Assembly: GCA_045535075.1 (NCBI GenBank)
Contig: JAZSKX010000017.1
Location: 32,001-96,000 of the forward strand
Source: Candidatus Spyradenecus sp.
GTDB lineage: Bacteria > Verrucomicrobiota > Verrucomicrobiia > Opitutales > UBA953
DNA: 64,000 nucleotides
Direction: 5' to 3'
Both the position numbers and the translations under genes were made by a program. Positions 29,999 to 41,300 of the stretch are shown here, one piece after another. Each line of letters begins with the position of its first letter. The first letter of the stretch is position 1. Under the pieces are notes generated by a model that saw nothing but the letters and a program-made list of their open reading frames with translations, was not told where the DNA came from and did not search any database.

Positions 29999-30874
29999 TT
30001 AACTTTCCTCTTCGTGCTCGTGGCTGTCGTCGTGGTTCGTAATCAGCCCGATGTAAACCGCCGAAAGTAGCGTAAACACGAGGGCTTGAACAACGCCGAC
30101 GAGGATTTCCAGGAAGTAAAAAGCCGTAAAGTAGCCGGTCGAGTGCATCAGCGTTTCGCCGCCGAAAACGTTCCCGAAGAGACGGAACGACAGCGAAACC
30201 GGACGGAATACAATCGAGATAATTTCAATAAATCCGACTGCGAAAAACACGAGCGAGAGAAAGTAGTAAACCGCCGCGGGAACGTCGCGCTTGTCCGCCT
30301 TGTTCCCGAACCAATCAAAGAAAACCGCCTTCGGTCCGGCGTATTTAAAAATCAAAATCGCCCACGCACCGAAGGAAACGAGCGCAAGTCCGAGCGTGCC
30401 GTTCATGTCCGCACCGAGCGCGCGAAACAGCGGGACGAAATGCTCGGTTTCCGTGCCGTCGGCGGCGATTGCCGTTTCGTGCCAACCGATAGTGCCGACA
30501 CCCGGAATCAGCCCCGCCCAATTCTGCGCGAGAATGAAAAAGAAAAGGCAAATCAGCAGCGGGAACGCCGCCGGGAACGCTTTTTTCCCGAGAATCGGCT
30601 CCAAAATTTCTTTAAACATTCCGATGACGGTTTCGATCGCGTATTGCCCTTTTGAGGGAATCAGCTTCGGCTTTCCGCAGGCGAGGCGAATCAGCACAAT
30701 CAGCAAAATCGCCACGATCCACGCCGTTACGATACTGTTCGTAATCGGCAACGAAAATCCGTCCCAAAGCGGAATCTCGAAGAGTTTTTCTGCGGCTTCC
30801 GTTGCCGCCGAAGCCGCGGGCGCCGCCATCAGCAACGCCGCAATACAGGGGAAAAATTTCATCAAACGAGTCAT
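29999..30874 (-). CDS. atpB: ATP synthase F0 subunit a
   Basis: RPVSLSFRLFGN and QALVFTLLSAVYI. Confidence 0.96.
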   Translation of the reverse strand: MTRLMKFFPCIAALLMAAPAASAATEAAEKLFEIPLWDGFSLPITNSIVTAWIVAILLIVLIRLACGKPKLIPSKGQYAIETVIGMFKEILEPILGKKAFPAAFPLLICLFFFILAQNWAGLIPGVGTIGWHETAIAADGTETEHFVPLFRALGADMNGTLGLALVSFGAWAILIFKYAGPKAVFFDWFGNKADKRDVPAAVYYFLSLVFFAVGFIEIISIVFRPVSLSFRLFGNVFGGETLMHSTGYFTAFYFLEILVGVVQALVFTLLSAVYIGLITNHDDSHEHEEES

Positions 30875-30936
30875 AAGTTTTCGAATTTTATTTTAAGCGC
30901 TACGGGCGATTTGTAAAACGTGTTTTCTCCGGCAAA

Positions 30937-31266
30937 TTAGCGACAGCTCGGGTTCCGGCACACCGCCCAAGCGCCCACAGGACAATAATTGCTAAGCGTT
31001 CCCGGCTCCGAAACTGCAACATCGATGACATTTTCGTCGGGCAGGAACATCAATTCAACACAAACGGGCTTCCCGCCGAGGAGCCGTTCCCGCACAACAA
31101 TTTCTTTCGGATTCTCCCGAAAATACGCTTGGATTTCGAGATTCGCTTCAATGATTTTCGCGATACGATTTGCGTAGCGTTTCAAAACTTTACGACGCTC
31201 CCAAGCGCGTTTTACGAAAACGCCTCCGCATGTCATCGCCAAGGAACTGAAGAAAACGACACCCAT
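30937..31266 (-). CDS. Hypothetical protein
   Basis: 109-aa ORF coupled to the trmL stop (TAATG overlap); hydrophobic N-terminus. Confidence 0.5.
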   Translation of the reverse strand: MGVVFFSSLAMTCGGVFVKRAWERRKVLKRYANRIAKIIEANLEIQAYFRENPKEIVVRERLLGGKPVCVELMFLPDENVIDVAVSEPGTLSNYCPVGAWAVCRNPSCR

Positions 31267-31730
31267 TATTTTCCGCGTGTGATTTGGCGGAGCGCTTCGT
31301 AGGCGGCGATTCCGGCGGCAGTGGAAAGATTCAGCGAACGCAAAGTTTCCGCAGGTTGCGGGATTTTGATTTCAAAATCTTTCCCGATAAAATCGTGGAG
31401 CCACGCGGGAGCGCCATGACCTTCATTGCCGAAAACGAGTCCGTCGCCGTCGCGAAAATCTGCGTCCCAAAGCCCTTTTTCCGCCTTGGTCGTCAACAGC
31501 CAAAGCCGAGTCGGGCGTTGCGGGAACGCCAAAAATGCGTCCCAGTTTTCGTGGTGCACGACATCGAGCGACTTCCAATAATCCATGCCGGAGCGGCGCA
31601 AATGCGCGTCGGTAATTGTAAATCCGAGCGGATGAATCAGGTGCAGGCGGGAACGCGTAATCGCACACATGCGCCCGATGTTGCCCGTATTTTGCGGAAT
31701 TTCCGGATTAAAAAGAATGAGGTGGAGCAT
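31266..31730 (-). CDS. trmL: tRNA (C34/U34-2'-O)-methyltransferase, SpoU family
   Basis: PEIPQNTGNIGR, LRRSGMDYW and RSLNLS. Confidence 0.93.
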   Translation of the reverse strand: MLHLILFNPEIPQNTGNIGRMCAITRSRLHLIHPLGFTITDAHLRRSGMDYWKSLDVVHHENWDAFLAFPQRPTRLWLLTTKAEKGLWDADFRDGDGLVFGNEGHGAPAWLHDFIGKDFEIKIPQPAETLRSLNLSTAAGIAAYEALRQITRGK

Positions 31731-31739
31731 TTTGAAAGT

Positions 31740-31868
31740 AAGTTTAAAAGCTGAGGAGCTGAAAAGTTTGGTCGGCGAGCCGAGATGTTTTCCTTTATAT
31801 GGTTAAAACAAGATTCTTTTTCTACAAGCAAAACAACTAAACTTCTCAGCTCTTAAGCTCTTCAGCCT
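31740..31868. repeat. Imperfect octamer-period inverted repeat between the HAD gene and trmL
   Basis: AAGTTTAAAAGCTGAGGAGCTGAAAAGTTT ... AAACTTCTCAGCTCTTAAGCTCTTCAGCCT (~23/30 complementary). Confidence 0.55.
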
Positions 31869-31872
31869 CTCT

Positions 31873-32463
31873 CTACTGCGGATAAACCATCATGCACGCC
31901 ATACCGGCGGCTTCGGCAGCATCAAAACCTTTCGGGCTGTCTTCGACGACAAGGCATTCCCGCGCGGGAACGCCGAGCTTTTCCGCCGCAAGCAGAAACA
32001 AATCCGGCGCCGGTTTGCAGTTGGCAACGTCTTCCGACGTGATGACCACCGGGAAAAGCTCCGCCACGCCGATAGTTTTTAAAATCTCGTGAACCTCCTT
32101 ACGAAAACCTCCCGAGGCGACAGCGAGCTTTGCGCCGCGCGCGGCAAGTTTTCTCGCGTAGGCACAAACATCCGGAATCGGCTCCACTTCACAAATATGC
32201 TCGGCAAGATACGCGTGATAATCCGGAAGCAGTTTTTCGATGCTGATTTTAAAACCGTAACGATTTTCCAAAATCGCAATCGTGTCCGCCGTGTTCATGC
32301 CGCCAAGCGTGCAGAAAAAATCCCACGGGAACGCCCAGTTCTCGCCGACTTGGCGGCGCACGGAATATTCCCACGCAGCGTGGTGCAACTTCATCGATGC
32401 GGCAAGCGTGCCGTCGCAATCAAAAACGTACGCAGAAAAAGGTTCTTTAAATTCGGAACTCAT
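31873..32463 (-). CDS. HAD-family phosphatase (beta-phosphoglucomutase/YqaB-like)
   Basis: FDCDGTL, KPAPD and VEDSPKG. Confidence 0.9.
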   Translation of the reverse strand: MSSEFKEPFSAYVFDCDGTLAASMKLHHAAWEYSVRRQVGENWAFPWDFFCTLGGMNTADTIAILENRYGFKISIEKLLPDYHAYLAEHICEVEPIPDVCAYARKLAARGAKLAVASGGFRKEVHEILKTIGVAELFPVVITSEDVANCKPAPDLFLLAAEKLGVPARECLVVEDSPKGFDAAEAAGMACMMVYPQ

Positions 32464-32547
32464 TGGAGAATGAATTTACGACGTTCCCGTTTCCGGCGCA
32501 AGCTCGCCCTCCAAAGCCGGCGGTCTTGCAGGGGCATTTTTATTCGC

Positions 32548-32574
32548 AAAAAAAGGCTTCCGTCGGGAAGCCTT
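32548..32574 (-). terminator. Intrinsic terminator after tRNA-Thr
   Basis: Stem AAGGCTTCC / GGAAGCCTT with a U tract on the minus strand. Confidence 0.75.
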
Positions 32575-32579
32575 AAAAA

Positions 32580-32655
32580 TGGAGCCACTTGTCAGACTTG
32601 AACTGACGACCCTCTCATTACGAATGAGATGCTCTACCAACTGAGCTAAAGTGGC
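32580..32655 (-). tRNA. tRNA-Thr (CGT)
   Basis: GCCACTTTAGCTCAGTTGGTAGAGCATCTCATTCGTAATGAGAGGGTCGTCAGTTCAAGTCTGACAAGTGGCTCCA folds as a 76-nt cloverleaf with encoded CCA. Confidence 0.95.
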
Positions 32656-32840
32656 TAATGGAAGAATGAAGCTTCAACTCTACACTTTTTATTTTTTTGT
32701 GCAAGCAAAAATTAAAAATCCCGATTTACCGAATTTCACGGGAACGGGGATTGTTACGGACTTTCTTTTAAAAAAAATTCAAACCTCGGGCTGTGATTGC
32801 ATTTGCGCCGCGGAAAGATTTCGCGCACAATGGTCGCGAA

Positions 32841-35666
32841 ATGAATTCGGCGGTAAAAAGATGCGGACATAAGCTCCTGAAAAAAATTGCATTAAACATT
32901 TTTTTCGCGGGAACGCTACTGAGTACGGGAGTGCTTCCCGCGACTGCGGGAACCGTCACGCCGGACTTGGCGCCGCTTGCCGAAGCCGCCGAGCAAAAAG
33001 CGCGTTCCCGCACGCAGACGATCCTTGCGCGCAATGCGCTCGGAAGCGGACTTACAAGCTTGGCAATCAATTTTACGGAAGATGTTCTCGCGGGTTCTTC
33101 GATTTCCGACGACGAACGCGACGACGCGTTGCTGACCCGTGCGTCGGCATTGATCGCCCGCGGAGATTTTGCCGAAGCGGAGAAATCGCTTAGAGCAGTC
33201 AAAAAATCCTCTGCGGCAAAAACGCTTCGTGAAGTTTGGATAAAAATCGGGAATTCGGATTTTTGGAATGCCGGCGAAATTATCAAAACGATTGCACCCG
33301 AGGCTCTGTCGACAAGCGATCGCGTCTGGCTGGAGCTGGCGCAAGCTATTTTGGCAAAGCAATCCGGGAGCGCCGACGAATCTGTCCTCCGAAAAAATTT
33401 TGAAGAAGTCATCAAAAAAGGCATCAATCCGGCTCAGCGCTCTCAGTTTGAATATGTTCAAAGTTGGGCGAATGCCACTTTCGTTCCCGAGCCTTCAGAA
33501 GAGGAATTGACTGAGTTACGGGAACACGCGATTCGCGCCAGAGGCACGCGGGAAGGCGCACAGCTTGCAAAATTGCTTGCGATTACGCTCAACCGCAAAG
33601 CCCACGGGAACGAGGGCGAAGAAATGCGCGCCGCCGCACGCAAAGCGCTTGCCGATGCGGGAACGGTTCCGCCGGACTTGCGCCCGGAATTCGATTTTCT
33701 TGAAGGAATTTTTCAGGATTCGCCGAGTTCCGTCGCTGCAAGGCGAGCGTTTATGCGAGTCATTCGCCAGCGCCCGGACACCGCGCTTCAGGAAGCCGCC
33801 ATTGCCGGGCTTTACCGCCATGTCAGCAAGCTTGTTGAAGAAAAAAAACGCGATGCCGCCATCATCGCCGTAAGCGAAATCAATGCATTTTTTGAAAGCG
33901 CCCAAACCGGCAATCCCGCTCTTCCCTCAGACGGGAACAAGCTCGCGCCCGATCCGAGAATGCTTGATCTTGAGCTCTTCCTGCGCGCGCGCATCTCCAA
34001 GCTTGTCAACGATACTCTCCGCGTGGAAAAAGCGGCAAGCGAGCTACTCGAAAAATGTCCGACAAGCGCACTTGTTCCCGACACGCTTCGCCTGCTCACA
34101 ATTGAAGCAATGAGCCGCCGGGAATACCGCCGAGCAGTCCCTTATTTGGAAAAATTGCGCGATGCCGAACCCTCGGAACCGGAAAAAGCGAAAATCAACA
34201 TCATCCTCGCGGACTGCCATTTCTTAAGCGGCGACTACGATCTTGCCAACGACGTTTACTCGCGCACCGAGCTTAAGGAATACGCGGGTGTTATTTTTTC
34301 CCAGCGCGTTCTTTGCGAGATTCGTTCAGATAAATTCCAAGCGGCGGAAGATTTAATCGAAGCCTACAAAAACGCCCCCGAAACCTTTAATCGCGACTGG
34401 ATTTTCCGCGCCGAATGCAATCTCATCGAGCGCCTTCGCAAAACCGGAAACTTGGATAAAGCGGCGGGACAATGCACACGCTTTCTTGAACAGGAAAACA
34501 TTCCCGACGCCTATCGCCTTCGCGTTTTGTGGGCTCAGGCACAACTTGCAATCGAACAAAATATTCCCGAAATCGCCGTAAGCGCCGCCGATGAAATTTC
34601 CAAAATTTTAGCAAGACAGGAAAAATCCGAAACCTTCCTGCTCCCGAAAACACTTGAAACGCTGAAATCCGACGCCATCCTCCTCAAGGCACGAGCGTTG
34701 TTGCGCAACGGGAACTTGGAAGAAGCGCGCAAGCAACTTACCCGGCTGCGGGAAGCGTTTCCGGACAGCAATGCCGCCGTGATTTCTTACCTCGACGAAG
34801 GACGTGCGCTTGCAGAAAAAAGTTTTCAATTTGAAGCGCTAAGTTGCTTCGAACGCCTCATCGAGCTTTGCGAAAACAATCCGAAGTTTTCTAATTATGC
34901 CCCGGTTGCATATACCGAGGCTGCGCAACAGGAAGTCTCGCTCGGGCGTCCCCGCGAAGCGATTGACCGGTTGGCGACCCTGCTTCGAAAGCACGGGAAC
35001 GACCGTCTTAAGGAAACAATCCGTATGCGCCAGGCGGATCTTTTCCGTATGCTCAACGACTTTGAGTCGGCGCTCGCAATTTACGACCAGCTTTATTCCC
35101 TCTACAAGCAGGCAGCCAACGTTCCGGAACACGTCAACCTCGAACGTATCGAAACGGCTCGGGCGGACTGTCTGCTCGCGCTCGCTTCCGGCATTCGGAA
35201 GTCCGACGACGCAGAAACCCGAGTCGCCTTGCGGGAAGCGATGCGCAAGGCGATTGCCGGTTATGAGCGTATTTGCACGTCTCCGGAAGCATCCATCGAA
35301 ATCTGCGCAGAAGCCGGGAACAAGTGGGGCTACGCGACGGCGGAATTTATCCGTCTTCTTGAAAATCCTTCCGAGAGTGCGAAATTCCAAGCCAATCTTG
35401 ATGCCCGAAAAATTTACTGGAACGTCATCAACCTTGTGATTAATCGTGCGTCAAAAGGCGGCGTCGATCCTTCGGAGAACTGGGGAGTTTCGACCGGCTA
35501 TTGGTTGGCTCGCAGTCTTTTTGCGATTGCGGATCTCTGCGAAGAAGCCGGCGATTACGCCGAAGCCCGCAAAGCCTACGAGCAAGTAAAGAACTGGTCT
35601 GCCCGCGGCTGGATGCCCGGCTCCGAATACGCGCGTTCCCGCGAAGAAGCGATTCGCGACAAATAA
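32841..35666 (+). CDS. Large exported tetratricopeptide-repeat protein
   Basis: Long alanine-rich helical ORF with TPR-like units (e.g. LADCHFLSGDYDLANDVY). The start is uncertain. Confidence 0.7.
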   Translation: MNSAVKRCGHKLLKKIALNIFFAGTLLSTGVLPATAGTVTPDLAPLAEAAEQKARSRTQTILARNALGSGLTSLAINFTEDVLAGSSISDDERDDALLTRASALIARGDFAEAEKSLRAVKKSSAAKTLREVWIKIGNSDFWNAGEIIKTIAPEALSTSDRVWLELAQAILAKQSGSADESVLRKNFEEVIKKGINPAQRSQFEYVQSWANATFVPEPSEEELTELREHAIRARGTREGAQLAKLLAITLNRKAHGNEGEEMRAAARKALADAGTVPPDLRPEFDFLEGIFQDSPSSVAARRAFMRVIRQRPDTALQEAAIAGLYRHVSKLVEEKKRDAAIIAVSEINAFFESAQTGNPALPSDGNKLAPDPRMLDLELFLRARISKLVNDTLRVEKAASELLEKCPTSALVPDTLRLLTIEAMSRREYRRAVPYLEKLRDAEPSEPEKAKINIILADCHFLSGDYDLANDVYSRTELKEYAGVIFSQRVLCEIRSDKFQAAEDLIEAYKNAPETFNRDWIFRAECNLIERLRKTGNLDKAAGQCTRFLEQENIPDAYRLRVLWAQAQLAIEQNIPEIAVSAADEISKILARQEKSETFLLPKTLETLKSDAILLKARALLRNGNLEEARKQLTRLREAFPDSNAAVISYLDEGRALAEKSFQFEALSCFERLIELCENNPKFSNYAPVAYTEAAQQEVSLGRPREAIDRLATLLRKHGNDRLKETIRMRQADLFRMLNDFESALAIYDQLYSLYKQAANVPEHVNLERIETARADCLLALASGIRKSDDAETRVALREAMRKAIAGYERICTSPEASIEICAEAGNKWGYATAEFIRLLENPSESAKFQANLDARKIYWNVINLVINRASKGGVDPSENWGVSTGYWLARSLFAIADLCEEAGDYAEARKAYEQVKNWSARGWMPGSEYARSREEAIRDK

Positions 35667-35686
35667 ATCTTCCAATCCGATAATTT

Positions 35687-36352
35687 ATGAACACTGAACC
35701 CTATCAATTTTATTTTTTGAGCGACGGCGGTCCGTTTGTTTGGACACTTCTCGGCATCGCGCTTTTCGGTCTCGTTTTTCTGATTGAACGCGGACTTTAC
35801 CTGCATCGCCGTCAAATTCCTTCCCGCGAATTTCTAAGCGGCATTTTCAACAACCTCCGCAAGGGGCGCTACATTGAAGCGTTGACGGTTTGCGAAAACA
35901 CCGAAGGTCCCGTTGCTCGCGTCGTAAAAGCAATTCTGCTCCATCGCACGGAAAGCGAAGAACGTATGCGACTCGCAGCGGAAGAAGCCGCCATCGCAGA
36001 AATTCCCGCACTTGAGCGTCGCGCGGGAACGATTAACGCCTTTGCCAAAATCGCCCCGCTCGTCGGTTTGGCGGGAACGGTTTTTGCCCTGCTTCGCGCA
36101 TTTTTGCACATGACCGCCGCCGGGCACTACGCAACAGCAGATCTTTTTTCCGCCGACATTGCGCAGGCTCTCGCCGCCACCGGGCTCGGGCTCGTCATCG
36201 CAATCGTGCTTCACCTCGGGCACCACTTCATCGTCGGGCGCATCCGCGCATTAACTTACGACATCGACAAAACGGCAATCGCCGTCATCCTTTTCCTAAA
36301 CTACGAAATCCACCTTCCGGAAACGGACGAAAGCGCGGAGTCCGGAAAATAA
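35687..36352 (+). CDS. MotA/TolQ/ExbB proton-channel family protein
   Basis: GGPFVW, IAPLVGLAGTV and IAQALAATGLGLVIAI. Confidence 0.85.
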   Translation: MNTEPYQFYFLSDGGPFVWTLLGIALFGLVFLIERGLYLHRRQIPSREFLSGIFNNLRKGRYIEALTVCENTEGPVARVVKAILLHRTESEERMRLAAEEAAIAEIPALERRAGTINAFAKIAPLVGLAGTVFALLRAFLHMTAAGHYATADLFSADIAQALAATGLGLVIAIVLHLGHHFIVGRIRALTYDIDKTAIAVILFLNYEIHLPETDESAESGK

Positions 36353-36370
36353 CGCTTCGGAATTTTCCGC

Positions 36371-38311
36371 GTGTTTACGCTCAAGGACATTCGCTTGCGC
36401 TTCGGTCCGCGCGAGCTTTTTAGGGGAATCAACGTTGCCGTCAACGCGCGGGAACGCATCGGGCTTGTCGGCTCAAACGGTGCAGGAAAATCCACTTTTC
36501 TCAAGATTCTTGCCGGGCTTCACGATTACGATTCCGGTGAAATTTCGGCAGCCAAAAGCGCAACGGTCGGCTATCTCCCGCAAGACGGTTTGGAGCTTCA
36601 CGGGAAGACGCTTTACAATGAAGTGGAGTCCGCCTGTGAAAACATTGTTGCATTGCGCGAAAAAATCCGTGAAGCCGATGCAGAGCTTGCAGGATTCCGA
36701 CCGGATTCTCCGGAATATCGCGAACGGCTCGAACTCATCGCCGAATGGGAACGCCGCCTCGACGACGCGGATGCCGAGAAATTGCGTTCCCGCATCGAGC
36801 GGGTTTTACTCGGCCTCGGTTTCTCCCAAAGCGATATGGAACGCCCGACGGAAGAATTTTCCGGCGGTTGGCAAATGCGCATCGCTTTGGCAAAGTTGCT
36901 TCTGCGGGAACCGACATTGCTTCTGCTGGACGAACCGACCAATCACCTCGACATCGAATCGCAAAATTGGCTTGAAAACTGGCTGAAATCCTATGCCGGT
37001 GCCGTCATTATCGTTTCTCACGATCGTGCGTTTCTGGACACGCTTTGCACGCGGATTTTCGCGCTTAATTTCGGCTTGCTCGAAGTTTATAACGGGAATT
37101 TTTCCTATTTTGAAAAAACGTCACGGGAACGTCGGGAAGCCCTGCGTCGCGCGGCTCAAAATCAGGCGCGTGAAATTGAGAAAACAGAGGCGTTTATCGA
37201 ACGCTTTCGTGCAAAGGCGACAAAAGCCGCGCAAGTGCAGTCTCGCATAAAATCGCTCGAAAAGATAGAGCGTATCGAGTTCGAAGAAGAAGATGATTCG
37301 GAAATCGATTTCGAATTCCCGCCGGCGCCGCCGACCGGGCAACGCGTCCTCACGCTTGAATCTGCGGGGAAAAGCTACGGAACGCACGAGGTTCTGCGTA
37401 ATTTAAACCTGAAAATCGAACGCGGGGAACGCATCGCCGTCGTTGGAGTAAACGGAGCCGGGAAATCGACGCTTATCCGTATGCTTGCGGGAACGGAAGC
37501 GCTTACGGCGGGAACGCGGGAAGAAGGCCTTCACGTTGCCGTTTCCTACTTTGCACAACATCAGGCAAAAGAGCTTGATCCGGGGAAAACGGTTTTGGAG
37601 ACGGTTAACGACGTCGCCGCCGGCTTAGGGACAACACGCCTGCGTTCGTTGCTCGGCGCTTTCCTTTTTCGCGGCGAAGATGTTTTCAAGCCGGTTTCGG
37701 TGCTTTCAGGCGGCGAACGCAATCGACTCGCTCTCGCCCGCATGTTGTTAAGACCGTTTAATTTTTTGATTTTAGACGAACCGACTAACCACCTTGATAT
37801 GCGCTCCAAAGCGGTGCTCGCGCATGCGATCCGTCGCTTTACGGGAACGGTTGTCGTTGTTTCGCACGATCGGGCTTTCCTGGATCCTCTTGTGAGCAAG
37901 GTTCTTGAAGTCAAGGACGGCAGCATTCGTGTTTTTCACGGGAACGTCTCCGATTACCTCACGGCAACGGACGCCGAGCGTCAGGCGGCACGGGAGCGGT
38001 TTTCCGGGAAAGTCGCCGAAAAGCCTAAACCGGCTTCCGCGAATTCAAGCGATCCGCGGGAACGCCGCCGCGCCAATGCCGAACGCGCAAAGCAACTGGC
38101 ACCCTTACGAAGGGAATTGGAAAAACTCGAATCCGCAATTTCAGCGCTTGAGGCAGAACAACAGGACCTTGAAACCCAAATGGCAGAGCCGGATTTCTTT
38201 TCTCGCGGCGAAGCAACTAAAGCGGCACTTGTCCGCTACGAAGCCGTAAAAACCGAAATCTCCGCGAGCTATGCGCGCTGGGAAGAACTCTCGCTTCTTC
38301 TTGAATCCTAA
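36371..38311 (+). CDS. ABC-F family ATP-binding protein
   Basis: Two NBDs (GSNGAGKST, FSGGWQMR, LDEPTNHLD twice), no TM segments, C-terminal coiled coil. Confidence 0.92.
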   Translation: MFTLKDIRLRFGPRELFRGINVAVNARERIGLVGSNGAGKSTFLKILAGLHDYDSGEISAAKSATVGYLPQDGLELHGKTLYNEVESACENIVALREKIREADAELAGFRPDSPEYRERLELIAEWERRLDDADAEKLRSRIERVLLGLGFSQSDMERPTEEFSGGWQMRIALAKLLLREPTLLLLDEPTNHLDIESQNWLENWLKSYAGAVIIVSHDRAFLDTLCTRIFALNFGLLEVYNGNFSYFEKTSRERREALRRAAQNQAREIEKTEAFIERFRAKATKAAQVQSRIKSLEKIERIEFEEEDDSEIDFEFPPAPPTGQRVLTLESAGKSYGTHEVLRNLNLKIERGERIAVVGVNGAGKSTLIRMLAGTEALTAGTREEGLHVAVSYFAQHQAKELDPGKTVLETVNDVAAGLGTTRLRSLLGAFLFRGEDVFKPVSVLSGGERNRLALARMLLRPFNFLILDEPTNHLDMRSKAVLAHAIRRFTGTVVVVSHDRAFLDPLVSKVLEVKDGSIRVFHGNVSDYLTATDAERQAARERFSGKVAEKPKPASANSSDPRERRRANAERAKQLAPLRRELEKLESAISALEAEQQDLETQMAEPDFFSRGEATKAALVRYEAVKTEISASYARWEELSLLLES

Positions 38312-38340
38312 GCAAAACCGGGTTCTGCCCTGAGCATAAC

Positions 38341-38372
38341 AAAAAAACTCCCGCGGGAACGGGAGTTTTTTT
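38341..38372. terminator. Bidirectional intrinsic terminator
   Basis: AAAAAAACTCCCG-CGGGAA-CGGGAGTTTTTTT between convergent genes; GCGGGAACG spans the loop. Confidence 0.85.
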
Positions 38373-38384
38373 GATTTACGTTGT

Positions 38385-41300
38385 TTAGAAGCGGCAACGC
38401 ACCATCAAGTTGATGTTGTGCTCCGGATCGGAATCTTCGCGCAGGAAGTTCAAGTCGTAATCCAAGGAAATCGTCGTTGATTCCGCGAGCAGAACCGTAA
38501 CGCCGAGCCCTGCGGTAACATAGTCGGAGCCTTCCTTGTTCATCGTCGTCGAGAACGGCGTTGAGCCCGGAATCGCAAGCGCGGCATCAATATCTTCGTC
38601 CCCGTCGAGGAATTCATGTTGCCACGAGATACGTGCTTCGGGAACGAAAGTGATCGTTTCCTTCACATTGAATCGTACCGTCGTGCGCCATCCGACGCTG
38701 GTTTGCAAAGAGTCGTAGCTGTAGTCATCCACGTCGAGCGCATCTGCACCGTTTCCTTCTTCGGAATAGCCGTCCACGCTGTTGTAAACGTAGCGCAAGG
38801 AAACCATCGGTCCGGTCGTCCATTGGTAAGAAAGCGCCTGCGAACCCGCATCCCATTCCCAGCCGGCGGCGAGATAGCCGATCGCCTGAGAGCCGTCCGG
38901 AGACGCACTCGCCTTGGAGCTGTAGTCGCCGATTTTCGTAGAACGCGTAAAATCGTATTCTCCGACACCGTAAGATGCCATGCCCATGTAGTAAAGGCTG
39001 CCTTCTTTGTTATTTTTGGACCCGGCAAAATAAATTCCGAGAGAACGCATGGAAGCGTCCGTTTCCGAACCGGTTGCCTTCATTTCCGTTGTTCCGCCGG
39101 AATATGTCGCGAAAATACCGACAGAAAGGCGATCGCTGACTGCGTAGTCAAACCCGATCGATGCGTTCATCATGTCGGTTTCGGTTTTTGAGGTGTGCGA
39201 CGTCGCATCCCCGTCGGAGAACGAATAACCGCCGTTTGCCCAAAGCATTGCCCGATCGTCATTCAAATCGTAGCCGGCAAATTGGCGCATTCCGTTAGCG
39301 GCAACGGCATTCGGGTTCGCAGAGAACGAGAATCCGTAGGAATTGAACAGCGGAACGGACCACAAGTCCGCCACCGGATAGCCGGAACGCAACTCGCGGG
39401 AACGACGTTCGAGCGCCCCCGTAACAGCCGCCGCCTGCTTGTTGTTTAGCGAATTAATCGTAATCAGATTAACCGGCAAAAGTTGATCATACGCTCCGAG
39501 CAATCCGTCGAGAGATTCGAAACGGTTAAGTTCTTCGAGCAACTTGGAAGAAACATTCGCATTTTCGCCGTCGGAAAGACAGGTTCGCAACGACTGAGCA
39601 ATGGCTTTTTGCTCGGATGTCATCTGAGAATAGGTCAAACGCACGGGAACGAGCTCTGCGCCGTCCGGAAGCTGAGCTTCGATTGTTCCGCTTGCGTTAA
39701 TTCCGTAAACGAGAGGGATTTCTTCCTTCCCGTCCCACAGCAACGGAGCATTGGAATCGATCACAACCGAAACCGTATCGTCAACAGTAACCGTTTTCCC
39801 TTCCGCCAAGTCGATAAATTCGATGGTGTCTCGCGGCAATTTATTTTGGAACGCGAGCTCGATGACCGAGTTCCCGCGAATCTCAACATTCTGGTTTACA
39901 GCCAAGGAGTCGCCGAAAACAACGCCGAGTCTGCTGTCTTGGCAGAGAACGCCAAGATCGACTCCGGCTTCCACCGTCGTAACGCCGTTACCGACTCCGC
40001 CGCCAACTTGGAAAAATGACCCGCCCAATAATTCAAGAGAAGATTGGGTCAACTTCAGAACGGCTCCGTCTCCGGCAAAGAGTTCGGAATCCGTAAGGGA
40101 GAGTCCGGTCAAGCCTTCAATCTGCGTCGTCCCTTTCAGGACAAGAGACGATTTTTCCTGAAGCGTGACTCCGCATTCGAAGACAGCTCCGTCCATTTGA
40201 ATCGCTCCGTAGGAGACATTCATCGCTCCCGCGCGAATGCGTCCGTTTATCACAGCCGAGGAGCGTGTCGTTACCTCCGGAGAAGTTTCCGTACCGTCTT
40301 CCGCGATAACAGCGTTCTTATGAAAACCTTTAACCGTGAGCACGCCGATGCCGTCAAAATCCGTTCCGACATAAAGCGTTGAGTTTGCGGGAACGAGCAA
40401 AGACGCGGCAGTCGTTTCCGTCGCACCGATATTTGCCGCCTGAACCGTCGCCTGAGCGACGACATTTATCTGCCCGCCGGTTGCATCTACGGCAAGCTCA
40501 TTTTTTCCGCCCATATTGAACGTTCCGCCCGACATATTGAAAACCGTCGCGCGGAGCGTCCCGTTCGGATTGGTCGTCAAAACGCCGTTCCCGCTCAAAT
40601 CAATGCGGCTCGCCTGAGAGTTTGCCGTGTTTACCTCGACAACCCCGCCATGGATATTAAGCGAACCGCCGGAAATAGAACCGCCGTTGAGATTGAGCTT
40701 CCCGCCGGCAATCTCAATGCCGCGCGTCGCTTCAATCGTTCCGTACTCGTTCAAATTGATTACGCCGCCGGAAAGAAGGACTTTCAACCCCTTCCAATTG
40801 ACTCCGTCAAAGCTGGTAATTTTCCCGCCGTCGGAAACATTGAGCACGCCATTGTTAACGATGACGGAATCTTCCACGTATAGCACCGCCTGATTGCCGA
40901 CGACGGAAAGATTGGTCGAAGAACGGTCAATCGCCACAGCGTGGACTTCCCGCCAATCGGAAATTTGCATGTTATCGCTTTCCATGACAACCGCTCCCGT
41001 GTTGAACTTCAGCGAAACATCGCTAACGATTGCCGTTCCCGTGCCCTTGTTGACAAATTCAACCGTCCAGTCCCCGGCTTCGGTTACACCCCAGAATGCG
41101 TTAGAAATATAAGTCCAGGTTAACGCCGTTGTTCCCTTTTCATTAACGACTAAATTGTAAACCGTCTCATAGGCATTGTCTTCCTTGTTATCGGAAAGCG
41201 ACGCCTTATCCAAAAGCACGCTACGCGTTCCCGAGGGAGAAACAAGCGCGACTTGGGCATCTTCAAAATAGTTAATATTGTCGATTGTAAAGGTTACTTC

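Noticed and set aside
30937..31266. ORF upstream of atpB as atpI
   Set aside because: It has only one hydrophobic segment and is coupled to trmL; it lacks the multi-TM profile of AtpI.
32580..32655. tRNA-Thr as a genomic island attachment site
   Set aside because: No duplicated tRNA 3' end or integrase seen, and the flanking genes look like core genes.
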